Assembly: GCA_964358705.1 (NCBI GenBank)
Contig: CAYHPL010000002.1
Span: 173,017 to 237,016 of the forward strand
DNA: 64,000 nucleotides
Source: an uncultured Chitinophagales bacterium
GTDB taxonomy: Bacteria; Bacteroidota; Ignavibacteria; UBA10030; F1-140-MAGs086
Reading direction: 5' to 3'
The translations under genes were made by a program, and so were the position numbers. The notes beneath the pieces are model-generated. The model was not told the DNA's origin. It did not search any database and saw only the letters and a list, made by a program, of their open reading frames with translations. Shown piece by piece: positions 20,090 to 29,177 of the stretch. How positions within the stretch are numbered: position 1 is the first letter of the stretch; each line of letters starts with the position of its first letter.

Positions 20090-21907
20090 CTATTTATCCA
20101 TCTCAATTCTCTGCAATTGAAATTCTTCAGCGCCAAATCCTTTGAGATTGATGAAAAGTTCTTGTGTAGTGCAAGATTGTTTCCTGAGTAATTCTTTTAC
20201 TTCCGGGTCGTTGAATACATTGCGTGAAATGAGAATATCATTTCCCTGCGATGCATCCACTAATCGAGCGGCAAGGTTAATTGTCGAACCAAAATAGTCA
20301 AGTTTATCATTGAGATTTACTGCGATAGAAGGTCCGAAATGTATTCCTGCTTTAAGAATGAGCGGTACAGTGGATATGCTTTTTTTCTTCAATGCAATCT
20401 GCGCTTCAATTACTGCCCGCATTGCATTTGCAGGACGTTTAAAAACAGCCATCACTGCATCACCCATTGTTTTAATAATCGCGCCTTCTTCGTTTGCAAT
20501 TGCTTCTTTCAGTACATCAAAGTGTTGCATTACCCGCCCGAATGCAGGCGCATCACCAATTTCTTTATACATTTTTGTCGAGCCGCGCAAATCCGTAAAG
20601 AGAATTGCAAGACTTCCGACTGAAATTTGTTCGCCCGGTCGCAATGCTTCATTGGCAAATAAATCACGGAACAATTGAAGTGAAGTTACGTCTGCGGCGG
20701 TTGCTGCCTGGTCGTTCCATTCCATTCGCTCAAAAATAAATAATTGTTCCTGTGATGTTTCGTTCCTGAATACGATAGTTGCTTTTGGGTGAAATGCAAT
20801 TTCTTCATTATTCCATCCGTTAAGTGTTGCAGAAAAAATTACTTCGCGCATTCCCTCATCATTAACAACGGCAAACGTTCCTCCATCAAGTTGTAATGTA
20901 CGTAAACGATAGCGACCTTTTTCAAGTAACGGATTTACTTTTCGCTCAGTCTTTGCTGGCAACAACTGCTGAATAGTAACGTGCGGTGTAACTTGCGGAC
21001 CTGCAATACAAAACTCCGCTGCGTCAATTTTTCTTATTGAAGAATTTGGTCTGAACGTGAGTTCTACTGAGCGGTCAAAATTAACGGTAAAATCAATATG
21101 GCAACTATCGCAATGAACCTGTGATTGAATTTTTGAAAGAGAATTTGCGGTGAATTTTGCACCGCGACAGAGCGGACATAATAAATCCCAGCGGAAGTCA
21201 AGCAAGCCCTCGCGTGTTGCAATTAAAAATGTTTCGAGAGTTTTTCTGCGCGAAACACTCCAATAATCTGCAAGAGCGTACGGACGAATACGGGAAAGCG
21301 TTAAATCATCAGAGGCAGAAATTATTTCTATGAGGTGATTGACTATTTGCAAATCCGCTCCCTGTTTTACAATGGATTGCTGAAGGTTACTCATTCGTTC
21401 TTTTCCCCCGGGTACAAATGTAACAGGAGTAGAAAAAAAGTGAGTATCGAAAAACAATTTTTTCTGATGTGCGGCAGTATCGTATTTGCGAAAAATTGAT
21501 TCGAATTTTTTTGCACTAATAAATCCTATCTGAAAAGGAATCGCCGCGTATCCGAGAATATTTTTAGGGATAGCCCATACTTCATACGAAAGGAATGTGC
21601 CTGTGCTTTCTGGAGTAAGTTCTGCAAGAACGCGCATCTCTGCAACTGGTCCGCTCGCATAACGCCGTACAACGCCAAAACGAAACGGGCGAATCCATTC
21701 AAAAGGTTCTTCAATCCATTCCACTGGAATGCCAAAGCGGTAGAGTCTGAGTTTGCGGCGTGCGTTGTGCAGTTCGCTGGTATCAAGTTGCTCAATTTCC
21801 GGCACGTCTGTATCGTGATTGAATTTATTGGTATCCGCAATCAGCGCCCAGAGTTGTTCAGGAGTTGACGAGAGATGCCATTCCCATTTATAATAAAATT
21901 CTTTACT
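20090..21907 (-). CDS. Class III adenylate/guanylate cyclase. It has an N-terminal SRPBCC-like domain and a central Cys4 (C-x2-C...C-x2-C) region.
   Basis: The C-terminal CHD domain contains FTDLRGSTKMY..IKTMGDAVMAVF..FGSTINLAARL. The start is moved to MSKEFYYKWEWHL (ATG 21907). The longer ORF to 21952 would read through the upstream terminator hairpin. Confidence 0.8.
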   Translation of the reverse strand, partial: SKEFYYKWEWHLSSTPEQLWALIADTNKFNHDTDVPEIEQLDTSELHNARRKLRLYRFGIPVEWIEEPFEWIRPFRFGVVRRYASGPVAEMRVLAELTPESTGTFLSYEVWAIPKNILGYAAIPFQIGFISAKKFESIFRKYDTAAHQKKLFFDTHFFSTPVTFVPGGKERMSNLQQSIVKQGADLQIVNHLIEIISASDDLTLSRIRPYALADYWSVSRRKTLETFLIATREGLLDFRWDLLCPLCRGAKFTANSLSKIQSQVHCDSCHIDFTVNFDRSVELTFRPNSSIRKIDAAEFCIAGPQVTPHVTIQQLLPAKTERKVNPLLEKGRYRLRTLQLDGGTFAVVNDEGMREVIFSATLNGWNNEEIAFHPKATIVFRNETSQEQLFIFERMEWNDQAATAADVTSLQLFRDLFANEALRPGEQISVGSLAILFTDLRGSTKMYKEIGDAPAFGRVMQHFDVLKEAIANEEGAIIKTMGDAVMAVFKRPANAMRAVIEAQIALKKKSISTVPLILKAGIHFGPSIAVNLNDKLDYFGSTINLAARLVDASQGNDILISRNVFNDPEVKELLRKQSCTTQELFINLKGFGAEEFQLQRIEMDK

Positions 21908-21926
21908 CATATATAAAAAAAGCCGA

Positions 21927-21958
21927 AGCAAAATGCACTCGGCTTGATACAAAATCTT
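21927..21958 (-). terminator. Rho-independent terminator closing the cox-ctaA-ctaB operon
   Basis: On the minus strand GCCGAgtgcattttgcTTCGGC is followed by TTTTTTT. It lies 18 nt after the ctaB stop. Confidence 0.65.
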
Positions 21959-21975
21959 TTTTTAAAAAATTCTGT

Positions 21976-22902
21976 TTACAAAAACAGTGAAATTCCTTTA
22001 TCAATAAAAATCAGCGCAAGTAATAATGGAATATAAAAAATAGAAGCGAGTAACATTTTTTTTGCGTTTGCATTTGATTTATCGCGAACAAGAACGATTC
22101 CATACCAAAGGAAGTATAATCCCAATACAATTGCTCCGTATAAATACACTTGTGAAGTAAGACTGAAATAATAGGGGAGAATACTCACAGGAATTAATGC
22201 AATACAATGATACAGAATTTGTTTGCTTGTGGAGATGCCATCGGGTTCGACAACAGGTAACATAGGAAATCCTGCGCGTTCGTAGTCTTTTCTGTACATC
22301 CATGCGATAGCGAGAAAGTGAGGAATCTGCCAGAGATACAGAATTGCAAACAATACCCACGCTTCAATAGAAATTTCGTTACGAACAGCAGTCCAACCCA
22401 TCATCGGAGGAATTGCGCCTGGAAATCCACCAATAATTGTTGAAAGCGATGTATGTTTTTTTAGCGGTGTGTAAATAAAAAGGTAGCCGCCAATCGTAAG
22501 CGCACCGAGAATACTCGTGAGTACATTGACGAATAACGCGAGATAGACAATGCCAATAATAGAAGAAACAGTGCCGAATAATAATCCTTCGAAGTAAGAA
22601 ATTTTTCCCGAAGGAATCGGTCTGTTTTTGGTTCGATTCATCAATTGGTCAATATCGTGTTCAAGTACCATATTGAGAGAACCACCACCTGCGGCGACAA
22701 AGAACGTACCGAGCAATGTATGAATCAACAAAGGGAAATTCAATCCATTGAAAGTCGCGAGAATAAAACCAGTGAGCGTTGTGGTAAGTGCGAGGTATGA
22801 AATTCCCGGTTTAGAAAGTTCGTGAAAAAGAGAGACCTTCGATTTGACAACAGGAATTTCTATGGGAAGTTCGGGCGCAAAAGATTCTGAAGTAGGAGGC
22901 AC
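21976..22902 (-). CDS. ctaB: Protoheme IX farnesyltransferase (heme O synthase)
   Basis: UbiA-family membrane protein with NMVLEHDIDQLMNRTKNRPIPSG. Confidence 0.9.
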   Translation of the reverse strand: MPPTSESFAPELPIEIPVVKSKVSLFHELSKPGISYLALTTTLTGFILATFNGLNFPLLIHTLLGTFFVAAGGGSLNMVLEHDIDQLMNRTKNRPIPSGKISYFEGLLFGTVSSIIGIVYLALFVNVLTSILGALTIGGYLFIYTPLKKHTSLSTIIGGFPGAIPPMMGWTAVRNEISIEAWVLFAILYLWQIPHFLAIAWMYRKDYERAGFPMLPVVEPDGISTSKQILYHCIALIPVSILPYYFSLTSQVYLYGAIVLGLYFLWYGIVLVRDKSNANAKKMLLASIFYIPLLLALIFIDKGISLFL

Positions 22903-22906
22903 GGTT

Positions 22907-23833
22907 TTATTTTATTGCAAAGGAAAAATTTTCTGAAGTTTGATGCGCAGTTTTATAATATCTTCGTATGCGAAGCGAAACGACTAAACTTGTTGCTAAC
23001 ATTCCTGCGCCAGTTGCAAGATGGAGTACAGTAGTAATAACAGAAACCCAGTTTGTATTGACGTCATCTAATGTAAAATACCGGATAAAAAATGAAGCAA
23101 TTCCTAAACCAATTTGTACCTGAAGCAGTATGAAAAACATTGTTGATGGAAAGAGAATCAGGGAATTATCTGTTGCAGATTTTATTTTTTTATATGCTTT
23201 TGTACCGAAATAAAGAACAGCGATTGCTCCGGTAATATGAAGATACAAATACCAACTTGTAATACTGCCGCTGTGTCTGAGAAGAGCGCCGGCAATTAAT
23301 TGTACAAAAGTAGTTGTTGTTAAAATTGTCGTGATGGAGTACAGAGACGGAGTTGAATCATCCTGAACGGTGTTATCAGTGGGAGTGAACCATTCGCGTG
23401 AAGTAAATAAGGCAATACTTGTAACAATGCAGAAAAATGTCTGCGCAAGAGTTGCATGGGTTGCAGAAACAAATTGCGGCAAATAATACTTGACAGTGAT
23501 GCCGCCAAAAATTCCCTGCACGATTACTACTCCTAATGCAACAAAACCAAGTTTTCTCATCCAAAGGCGTGCATCTTTTTTCCAAATCCAGAATGCAAGA
23601 ATTACAGTAAGAAATCCGACAAAAGAAGCAAGCAGGCGATGACCGTGTTCAAAAAGAATTCCTCCCACCATTTGTGAAAGAGGAAAAGCAAACATATTTT
23701 CTCCATACGTATTTGGCCAATCAGGAACAGATAAACCAGAGCCCGTGCTTGTTACTAAGCCTCCTGCGAAAAGCAAAAAGTATATACAAACTGCAACGAA
23801 AACTGAAAAACGATGGAGGAATTTATTGTACAT
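22907..23833 (-). CDS. ctaA: Heme A synthase (COX15/CtaA)
   Basis: Multi-TM protein. LFAGGLVTSTGSGLSVPDWP..FEHGHRLLA carries the conserved His ligands. Confidence 0.85.
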   Translation of the reverse strand: MYNKFLHRFSVFVAVCIYFLLFAGGLVTSTGSGLSVPDWPNTYGENMFAFPLSQMVGGILFEHGHRLLASFVGFLTVILAFWIWKKDARLWMRKLGFVALGVVIVQGIFGGITVKYYLPQFVSATHATLAQTFFCIVTSIALFTSREWFTPTDNTVQDDSTPSLYSITTILTTTTFVQLIAGALLRHSGSITSWYLYLHITGAIAVLYFGTKAYKKIKSATDNSLILFPSTMFFILLQVQIGLGIASFFIRYFTLDDVNTNWVSVITTVLHLATGAGMLATSLVVSLRIRRYYKTAHQTSENFSFAIK

Positions 23834-23837
23834 TTAC

Positions 23838-24581
23838 TTACATAGAAAGGTTCGCTTCTTCATCAGCAAGCCATTGATTAAAATCTTCCATCGTCATAAT
23901 GGACATATAGCCACGCATGCGATAGTGACCTAATCCGCAAAGTTGAGCGCATGCAATTTCATATTCACCAATTACGCTTGGCGTAAACCAAATAGGTGTT
24001 TGTAAGCCGGGAATTGCATCTTGTGTAATACGCATTACAGGAAGTTTAAAACTGTGAATAACATCTTTGCTCGAAATATTAACAATTACAGGTTTATTTA
24101 CAGGCAAATTCAATTGATTGATTGTCGCAATGTCATCTTTTGCGTCAGCGTCATTGCGGTCGAGTCCCAGTGGATTATCGGAATCCACAAGTGCAATATC
24201 ACGTTTCCCGAATTTTCCATCTTTGCCGGGATAGTGAATATTCCATGCAAACTGCTCAGCAACGACATTAATGACAACAGCATCTTTTTCCTTCGGGAAC
24301 TCATTTACTCTTTTTGCCCAAAGCGGAATGGAAAAAACAACGAGCAATACAACTTCAAATGCAGCAACAGCAATTTCAAGATAGTTTGATGCATGGCTTT
24401 TTACGCCGTGATAATCTGCATGAGGGTTCTTGGCTTTTCTGAAGCGAAAAATTGTGTACATAAAGAAGATGCCCCAACCGATGAACAGTACGAACATCAA
24501 ATAATGAAGGATGATGATTAAATTATCTACTTCGTGCCCGGAAGCAGAAGCATCTATGGGTAATCCTAAAAATTGTTCCAT
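23838..24581 (-). CDS. coxB: Cytochrome c oxidase subunit II (CuA-containing). It has no fused cytochrome c domain.
   Basis: The CuA site is H..CAQLCGLGHYRM. There are two N-terminal TM helices and no CxxCH motif. Confidence 0.9.
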   Translation of the reverse strand: MEQFLGLPIDASASGHEVDNLIIILHYLMFVLFIGWGIFFMYTIFRFRKAKNPHADYHGVKSHASNYLEIAVAAFEVVLLVVFSIPLWAKRVNEFPKEKDAVVINVVAEQFAWNIHYPGKDGKFGKRDIALVDSDNPLGLDRNDADAKDDIATINQLNLPVNKPVIVNISSKDVIHSFKLPVMRITQDAIPGLQTPIWFTPSVIGEYEIACAQLCGLGHYRMRGYMSIMTMEDFNQWLADEEANLSM

Positions 24582-24600
24582 GAATTGTTTCTTTGATAAG

Positions 24601-24831
24601 TTAAATTGATTGCGAGAGAGTATTCCCGCGATGATATTTGATTCTTTTTCGCATCATTACAAAAAAAATAGTGACGCAACACAGCATACTTCCTGTTATG
24701 CCAAGCATTGTTGCGATGGCTGCATTCATTCCGTCTATCATTGGTCCAGAAGATGAACCATAACATGAAGGGCAGGCAAACAACGCTGAAGGAAATAATA
24801 AAATTCCTAAAATGACAAGAGCAAATTTCAC
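24601..24831 (-). CDS. Small membrane protein with a CPSC motif, of unknown function
   Basis: 76 aa. It has a signal/TM helix, ACPSCYG, then a second TM. It lies inside the cox operon. Confidence 0.4.
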   Translation of the reverse strand: MKFALVILGILLFPSALFACPSCYGSSSGPMIDGMNAAIATMLGITGSMLCCVTIFFVMMRKRIKYHRGNTLSQSI

Positions 24832-25034
24832 AAAAAACTAATGTGTCTTAATTTATGAAGGAATCGAATTCCGTAAATAATCAGTGAAATACCTGTCATC
24901 GCAGAAAGCGTTGAATAAGCAAGATAAATCATTTCGCTGTTGCTGATAAATTCCTTAGCAAGCCATGCAGAAAACCCAAATGCGGTAAGTACGGACAGCG
25001 AGATAAAAAAAATGTGAAATGTTTTCAGTGACAT
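24828..25034 (-). CDS. Small two-TM membrane protein of unknown function
   Basis: 68 aa. It is translationally coupled to its neighbours; its stop overlaps the next start. Confidence 0.4.
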   Translation of the reverse strand: MSLKTFHIFFISLSVLTAFGFSAWLAKEFISNSEMIYLAYSTLSAMTGISLIIYGIRFLHKLRHISFL

Positions 25035-25345
25035 TATAAAGTTTTATATAAAAGTGGGTCTAATGATGTAAAAATCGGCAATGACATTAACACGATAAAT
25101 AATACAGCAGTTAATATCAATGTCCAGTAAATCATTTTCTTTTCAGAAAGTAAATGCATAAAGTAACTTGCAACTAAAGTGCCTTTTATAGTTGCGACAA
25201 TGAGTGCGGCAATAATTGCATTTGTTGTATCTAAATGCAAATATGAAATTGCGACGGTAACAATAGTCAATGCCATTAAGGCGACAAAGACCATGATGTA
25301 CGTGCGTACGTGTTTTTTAATATCTTCTGTGTGTGATGCATCCAT
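25034..25345 (-). CDS. coxD: Cytochrome c oxidase subunit IV (prokaryotic COX4_pro family)
   Basis: Three TM helices. HVRTYIMVFVALMALTIVTV matches the bacterial subunit IV pattern. The start is taken at MDASHTEDIKK. Confidence 0.6.
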   Translation of the reverse strand: MDASHTEDIKKHVRTYIMVFVALMALTIVTVAISYLHLDTTNAIIAALIVATIKGTLVASYFMHLLSEKKMIYWTLILTAVLFIVLMSLPIFTSLDPLLYKTL

Positions 25346-25350
25346 AGTGT

Positions 25351-25941
25351 TTATAACAAATAAAGTACGGGAAATAAGAAAATCCAAACTAAATCAACAA
25401 AGTGCCAGTACAGACCAGCAACTTCAATGCGGTTGGTAAATCGCTGAGGGTCAGTGTACCACATTTTACTTCCTGGTCCCCAGAAATATGTGTTCACAAT
25501 TACGCCTCCGAGAATATGTAATCCGTGTAAACCGGTCAGTGTATAGTATATTGCAAAAAAAGTATTATGACTTGGTCCCTCTCCGAGATGAAGATGTTCA
25601 CTATATTCAATATACTTGATGACGAGAAATACTAAAGCGCAAAGAATTGTCAATCCCATGTACATTTTATATTTCTTAAAATCATTCATCATCAAAGAAG
25701 CCCAGGACATTACCATTGTAACACTCGAACTTATCAAAATAATTGTGTTCACCGTTGCGAGAGGAACACTTAAAATAGAAGAACCGTGCGGCCACACGGG
25801 TGCACCAACACGCAATAATATATAGGAAGTAAAAAGCGCTCCGAAAAGCATTACTTCAGAAGCAAGGAAAAGCCAAATTCCTAACTTGGCATTGTAAACA
25901 CCCGTTTCAGGATGTGCAGTACTTGTGTATGGTATTTGCAT
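25351..25941 (-). CDS. coxC: Cytochrome c oxidase subunit III
   Basis: GIWLFLASEVMLFGALFTSY and the C-terminal YWHFVDLVWIFLFPVLY are present. Confidence 0.9.
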   Translation of the reverse strand: MQIPYTSTAHPETGVYNAKLGIWLFLASEVMLFGALFTSYILLRVGAPVWPHGSSILSVPLATVNTIILISSSVTMVMSWASLMMNDFKKYKMYMGLTILCALVFLVIKYIEYSEHLHLGEGPSHNTFFAIYYTLTGLHGLHILGGVIVNTYFWGPGSKMWYTDPQRFTNRIEVAGLYWHFVDLVWIFLFPVLYLL

Positions 25942-25953
25942 TAATCGTAAGAA

Positions 25954-27837
25954 TTAGTTTTGATGTTGTGGATAAAAATCTGTCGAATGTCCGGGTACAC
26001 TATATTCGTAAGGTCCACGATACACTTCCGGAACCTGGGCGAAATTGCCATGTCCGAGTGGAGGAGAAGTGGTTGCTGCCCAATCCAACGTTGTTGCTTC
26101 CCACGGATTGTCATTTACCTCTTTTCCTTTTTTAATGCTCCAGAAAAGATTAATGATAAAAAATACCTGAAAGCCAGCCATTATCCATGCGCCGACAGAC
26201 ATTACTTCATTCAAATAAAGAACTCCTTGTGCATGTGCGTACTGAGTGCCGCCATCATAAAGACGACGGGATACACCTGCGAGACCTTGAATTAACATCG
26301 GAAAGAAAATTATATTCATACAAATAAATGAACCCCAGAAGTGAATTTTTCCAAGCGTTTCGTTCATTCTTCGCTTTGTTAATTTTGGAAACCAATAATA
26401 AATTCCGGCAAATAATGCGAAGATAGTTCCCGGTGCTACAACGTAATGAAAATGTCCGATTACGTAATACGTATCATGTAAATGAATATCTGAAGTACTC
26501 AACCCTAATGGCAGTCCTGTGAGCCCTCCGATACCAAACATAGGCAGAAAAGCAAGTGCGAAAAGCATCGGGGTATTCATTCGTATAGAGCCGCCGTATA
26601 ATGATATAACTAATGCTGAGAGAATTATAACAGAAGGGATTGAAATAATCATCGTCGTTGTTTGGAAAAAAGCACTTATAGTTGAACCCATTCCGGTCAT
26701 AAACATATGGTGTGCCCAAACTACAAAGGACATAAATCCCAGAAAAACAGAAGAATACACAAGTGATTTATATCCCCACAAAGGTTTGCGAGTATTGTTT
26801 GCAATTATTTCTGCTACAATCCCCATTGCAGGAAGAATAAGCACGTACACTTCAGGATGCGCAAGAAACCAGAACAGATGTTGCCAAAGAAGGGGGCTTC
26901 CACCACCGGAATTTGTAAGCGGCACTCCCGACACTACTAATCCGCTGGGAAGGAAAAAACTTGTTCCGGCAACTCTATCCATCAATTGTAAAACGCCAGC
27001 GGCTTCAAGTGGAGGAAAAGCAAGAAGAAGAAGAAAAGAAGTAACAAACTGCGCCCATACAAAAAATGGTAAACGCATAAATGATAATCCCTTCGCACGC
27101 AATTGCACAATTGTTACAATAAAATTTACAGAGCCGAGTAATGAAGATGTAATTAAAAATACCATTCCGAGAAGCCAAACCGTTTGACCTGTAGTTGCAA
27201 TATCAGAAAGCGGTGGATAAGAAGTCCATCCTGAATTTGCAGCTCCACCTGGCACAAAGAAACTTACTAACATCGTAACTCCACCAGCAAAGAAAACCCA
27301 ATAACTCATCATATTCAGTTTCGGATATGCCATATCAGGTGCGCCAATTTGTAATGGCATTACATAATTTCCAAATGCACCGACAGCAAGCGGTACAACT
27401 CCGAGAAAAACCATTATCGTGCCGTGCATTGCTCCTAACTGGTTATAAAATTCTGGCAACATAATTCCATCAGGCATATTTTGCTCAAGTGTAGAAATAT
27501 ACCATAAGAGTGCGGCTATGCCTACAAGCGATAATCCGATAAGCATATTCAACGATAATTTTAAGCCACGCAGAAACATTACAATCAAACCTATTCCAGC
27601 AACGGGAAGAACAAATCTCATTGTAGGAAATGGTTGCTCCGGATAAGCGAGTTGCCATCTCATAATTGCCATCAAAAAGAAACCAAATAAGAGAAATATC
27701 AATGATGTTAATCCATATTGAATTCCAATAATTTTATGGTCTGTTGAAAAAACATATTTTCTCAAAAAACTTTCATGATGATGAGACTCTTCAGTGTGTG
27801 CATTGTTGTTTGAATGCGCTGTAGGATTTATTGACAT
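25954..27837 (-). CDS. coxA: Cytochrome c oxidase subunit I (heme-copper oxidase catalytic subunit)
   Basis: Twelve or more TM helices. GHPEVYVLILP, WAHHMF and HDTYYVIGHFHYV carry the His ligands. Confidence 0.95.
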   Translation of the reverse strand: MSINPTAHSNNNAHTEESHHHESFLRKYVFSTDHKIIGIQYGLTSLIFLLFGFFLMAIMRWQLAYPEQPFPTMRFVLPVAGIGLIVMFLRGLKLSLNMLIGLSLVGIAALLWYISTLEQNMPDGIMLPEFYNQLGAMHGTIMVFLGVVPLAVGAFGNYVMPLQIGAPDMAYPKLNMMSYWVFFAGGVTMLVSFFVPGGAANSGWTSYPPLSDIATTGQTVWLLGMVFLITSSLLGSVNFIVTIVQLRAKGLSFMRLPFFVWAQFVTSFLLLLAFPPLEAAGVLQLMDRVAGTSFFLPSGLVVSGVPLTNSGGGSPLLWQHLFWFLAHPEVYVLILPAMGIVAEIIANNTRKPLWGYKSLVYSSVFLGFMSFVVWAHHMFMTGMGSTISAFFQTTTMIISIPSVIILSALVISLYGGSIRMNTPMLFALAFLPMFGIGGLTGLPLGLSTSDIHLHDTYYVIGHFHYVVAPGTIFALFAGIYYWFPKLTKRRMNETLGKIHFWGSFICMNIIFFPMLIQGLAGVSRRLYDGGTQYAHAQGVLYLNEVMSVGAWIMAGFQVFFIINLFWSIKKGKEVNDNPWEATTLDWAATTSPPLGHGNFAQVPEVYRGPYEYSVPGHSTDFYPQHQN

Positions 27838-27927
27838 AGAATAAAATTTGTTAGTTGAAATGTGTAAGTATGCGAAAAAGGGCTTAAGATATTATTCTTA
27901 AACCCTTTTTGTAGCATTGAAATAGAT

Positions 27928-28644
27928 TTATTTGCCCTCGAAAGTGAAATCGGCAGTTGCGTCTTTATCCGATACTTTTACTTTCATAACAGCAGTGCCG
28001 AGTTTTTCCTGCCAAGCAGTTATTTCGTAATCCCCTGCCGGAAGATTTTTAAGTGTAAAACTTCCCTGCTCGTTACTTACTGCAAAAAATGGGTGATCCA
28101 TTACTCCAACATACGTTGACATCCAGTTATGTACTTCACATTTTACTTTTACCATTTGCTCTGATGCAGTAAAAGTTTTTGTCATCTTCATTCCTTGTTT
28201 TGGTTGAGCAACATTGAATTGCGGACTGTTTTTAGAAAGAGAGTGTACATTATGAAGAGTGTTGTCGCTGTTAATAATTTCTACGGGCTGATTTACCATG
28301 ACTCCCAAAACGTGTGGAGTGTACATACAGCCTTCCTGATTTAATTTCACCGTTTCTTTTGATGGAGGAAATTTCTTTCCTTCCAAGCCCTTCGATACAT
28401 AAATGAACACATTTTTCAACGTGCTATTTGTATTGATGACGATAGCATCAGATAAAACTTCTTTTTTATCGTGAAGTTTTACACATTTTGCATCAGCATT
28501 CATTTTAATTTTTTGCGGTTTTGGTGCAGTTCCTTTAAAATTGACTTTTCCGGTTACATTACCTGCCAAAGTAAAATTAAATACGAATACAGATGTTAGC
28601 AATAATAGTGCGATTTTTTTCATTTGTTTTTTTTCCTGTTTCAA
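27928..28644 (-). CDS. Secreted cupredoxin-like (type-1 copper) protein with a CarboxypepD_reg-like beta-sandwich. A candidate electron donor to the oxidase.
   Basis: Signal peptide present. An upstream His lies in TLHNVHS. A C-terminal C-x2-H-x2-M (CEVHNWM) gives an amicyanin-type ligand spacing. The C-terminal tail is SFTLKNLPAGDYEITAWQ. It lies immediately upstream of coxA in the same orientation. Confidence 0.5.
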   Translation of the reverse strand: MKQEKKQMKKIALLLLTSVFVFNFTLAGNVTGKVNFKGTAPKPQKIKMNADAKCVKLHDKKEVLSDAIVINTNSTLKNVFIYVSKGLEGKKFPPSKETVKLNQEGCMYTPHVLGVMVNQPVEIINSDNTLHNVHSLSKNSPQFNVAQPKQGMKMTKTFTASEQMVKVKCEVHNWMSTYVGVMDHPFFAVSNEQGSFTLKNLPAGDYEITAWQEKLGTAVMKVKVSDKDATADFTFEGK

Positions 28645-28764
28645 GTTTTTAGTTTTAAGGAGTGAAATGGGATACGAGTTGTTTTAAAAAAGCGGACAAA
28701 AAATACAAAAAAATAAATATCGTGCAAAAAAACTTTGATTTTTTTTAAAAAAACGGAATTTTGC

Positions 28765-29172
28765 CTATTCATCCATTGTCCATCCAAATGCAGAACTTAC
28801 AACAGAAATAATCGAAATTGTAACAGATACATTATACATTTCTGTTAGTTTTTTGCTTTTGGATTTAAAAGAAATTGCGTCTTCGGTAGTAGTTGCATTC
28901 TCATACTTTTCGAAATATTTATCACTTTCACTCTGCAAATAAATTGTCGCACCTATTGCAACTATAGAGGCAACAGACATTCCCCATTTTTCTTTTTCCC
29001 AAAAATTTGAAGTTTCATTTTTTTCTAAAGGTTCGGTGAGCAAATCAAGACGTGATTGATGAATCAGGGAATCCTCCTGCAAATGAATTTGAGCAGAATC
29101 CAATTCTTGAGATTTGAGAATTACGTTAATACTGAAAAGAATAATCACAAAAATAATAAAGCGATACATCAT
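28765..29172 (-). CDS. Hypothetical membrane-anchored protein
   Basis: The start is taken at MMYRFIIFVIILFSINVIL, a TM helix. The longer ORF would overlap the Fn3 gene's stop. A second hydrophobic stretch lies at the C-terminus. Confidence 0.4.
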   Translation of the reverse strand: MMYRFIIFVIILFSINVILKSQELDSAQIHLQEDSLIHQSRLDLLTEPLEKNETSNFWEKEKWGMSVASIVAIGATIYLQSESDKYFEKYENATTTEDAISFKSKSKKLTEMYNVSVTISIISVVSSAFGWTMDE

Positions 29173-29177
29173 AATGT

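Noticed and set aside
26519-27187. 222-aa ORF antisense to coxA
   Set aside because: It is fully embedded opposite a strongly conserved coxA coding region and has an Arg/Pro-rich, low-complexity translation typical of antisense frames.
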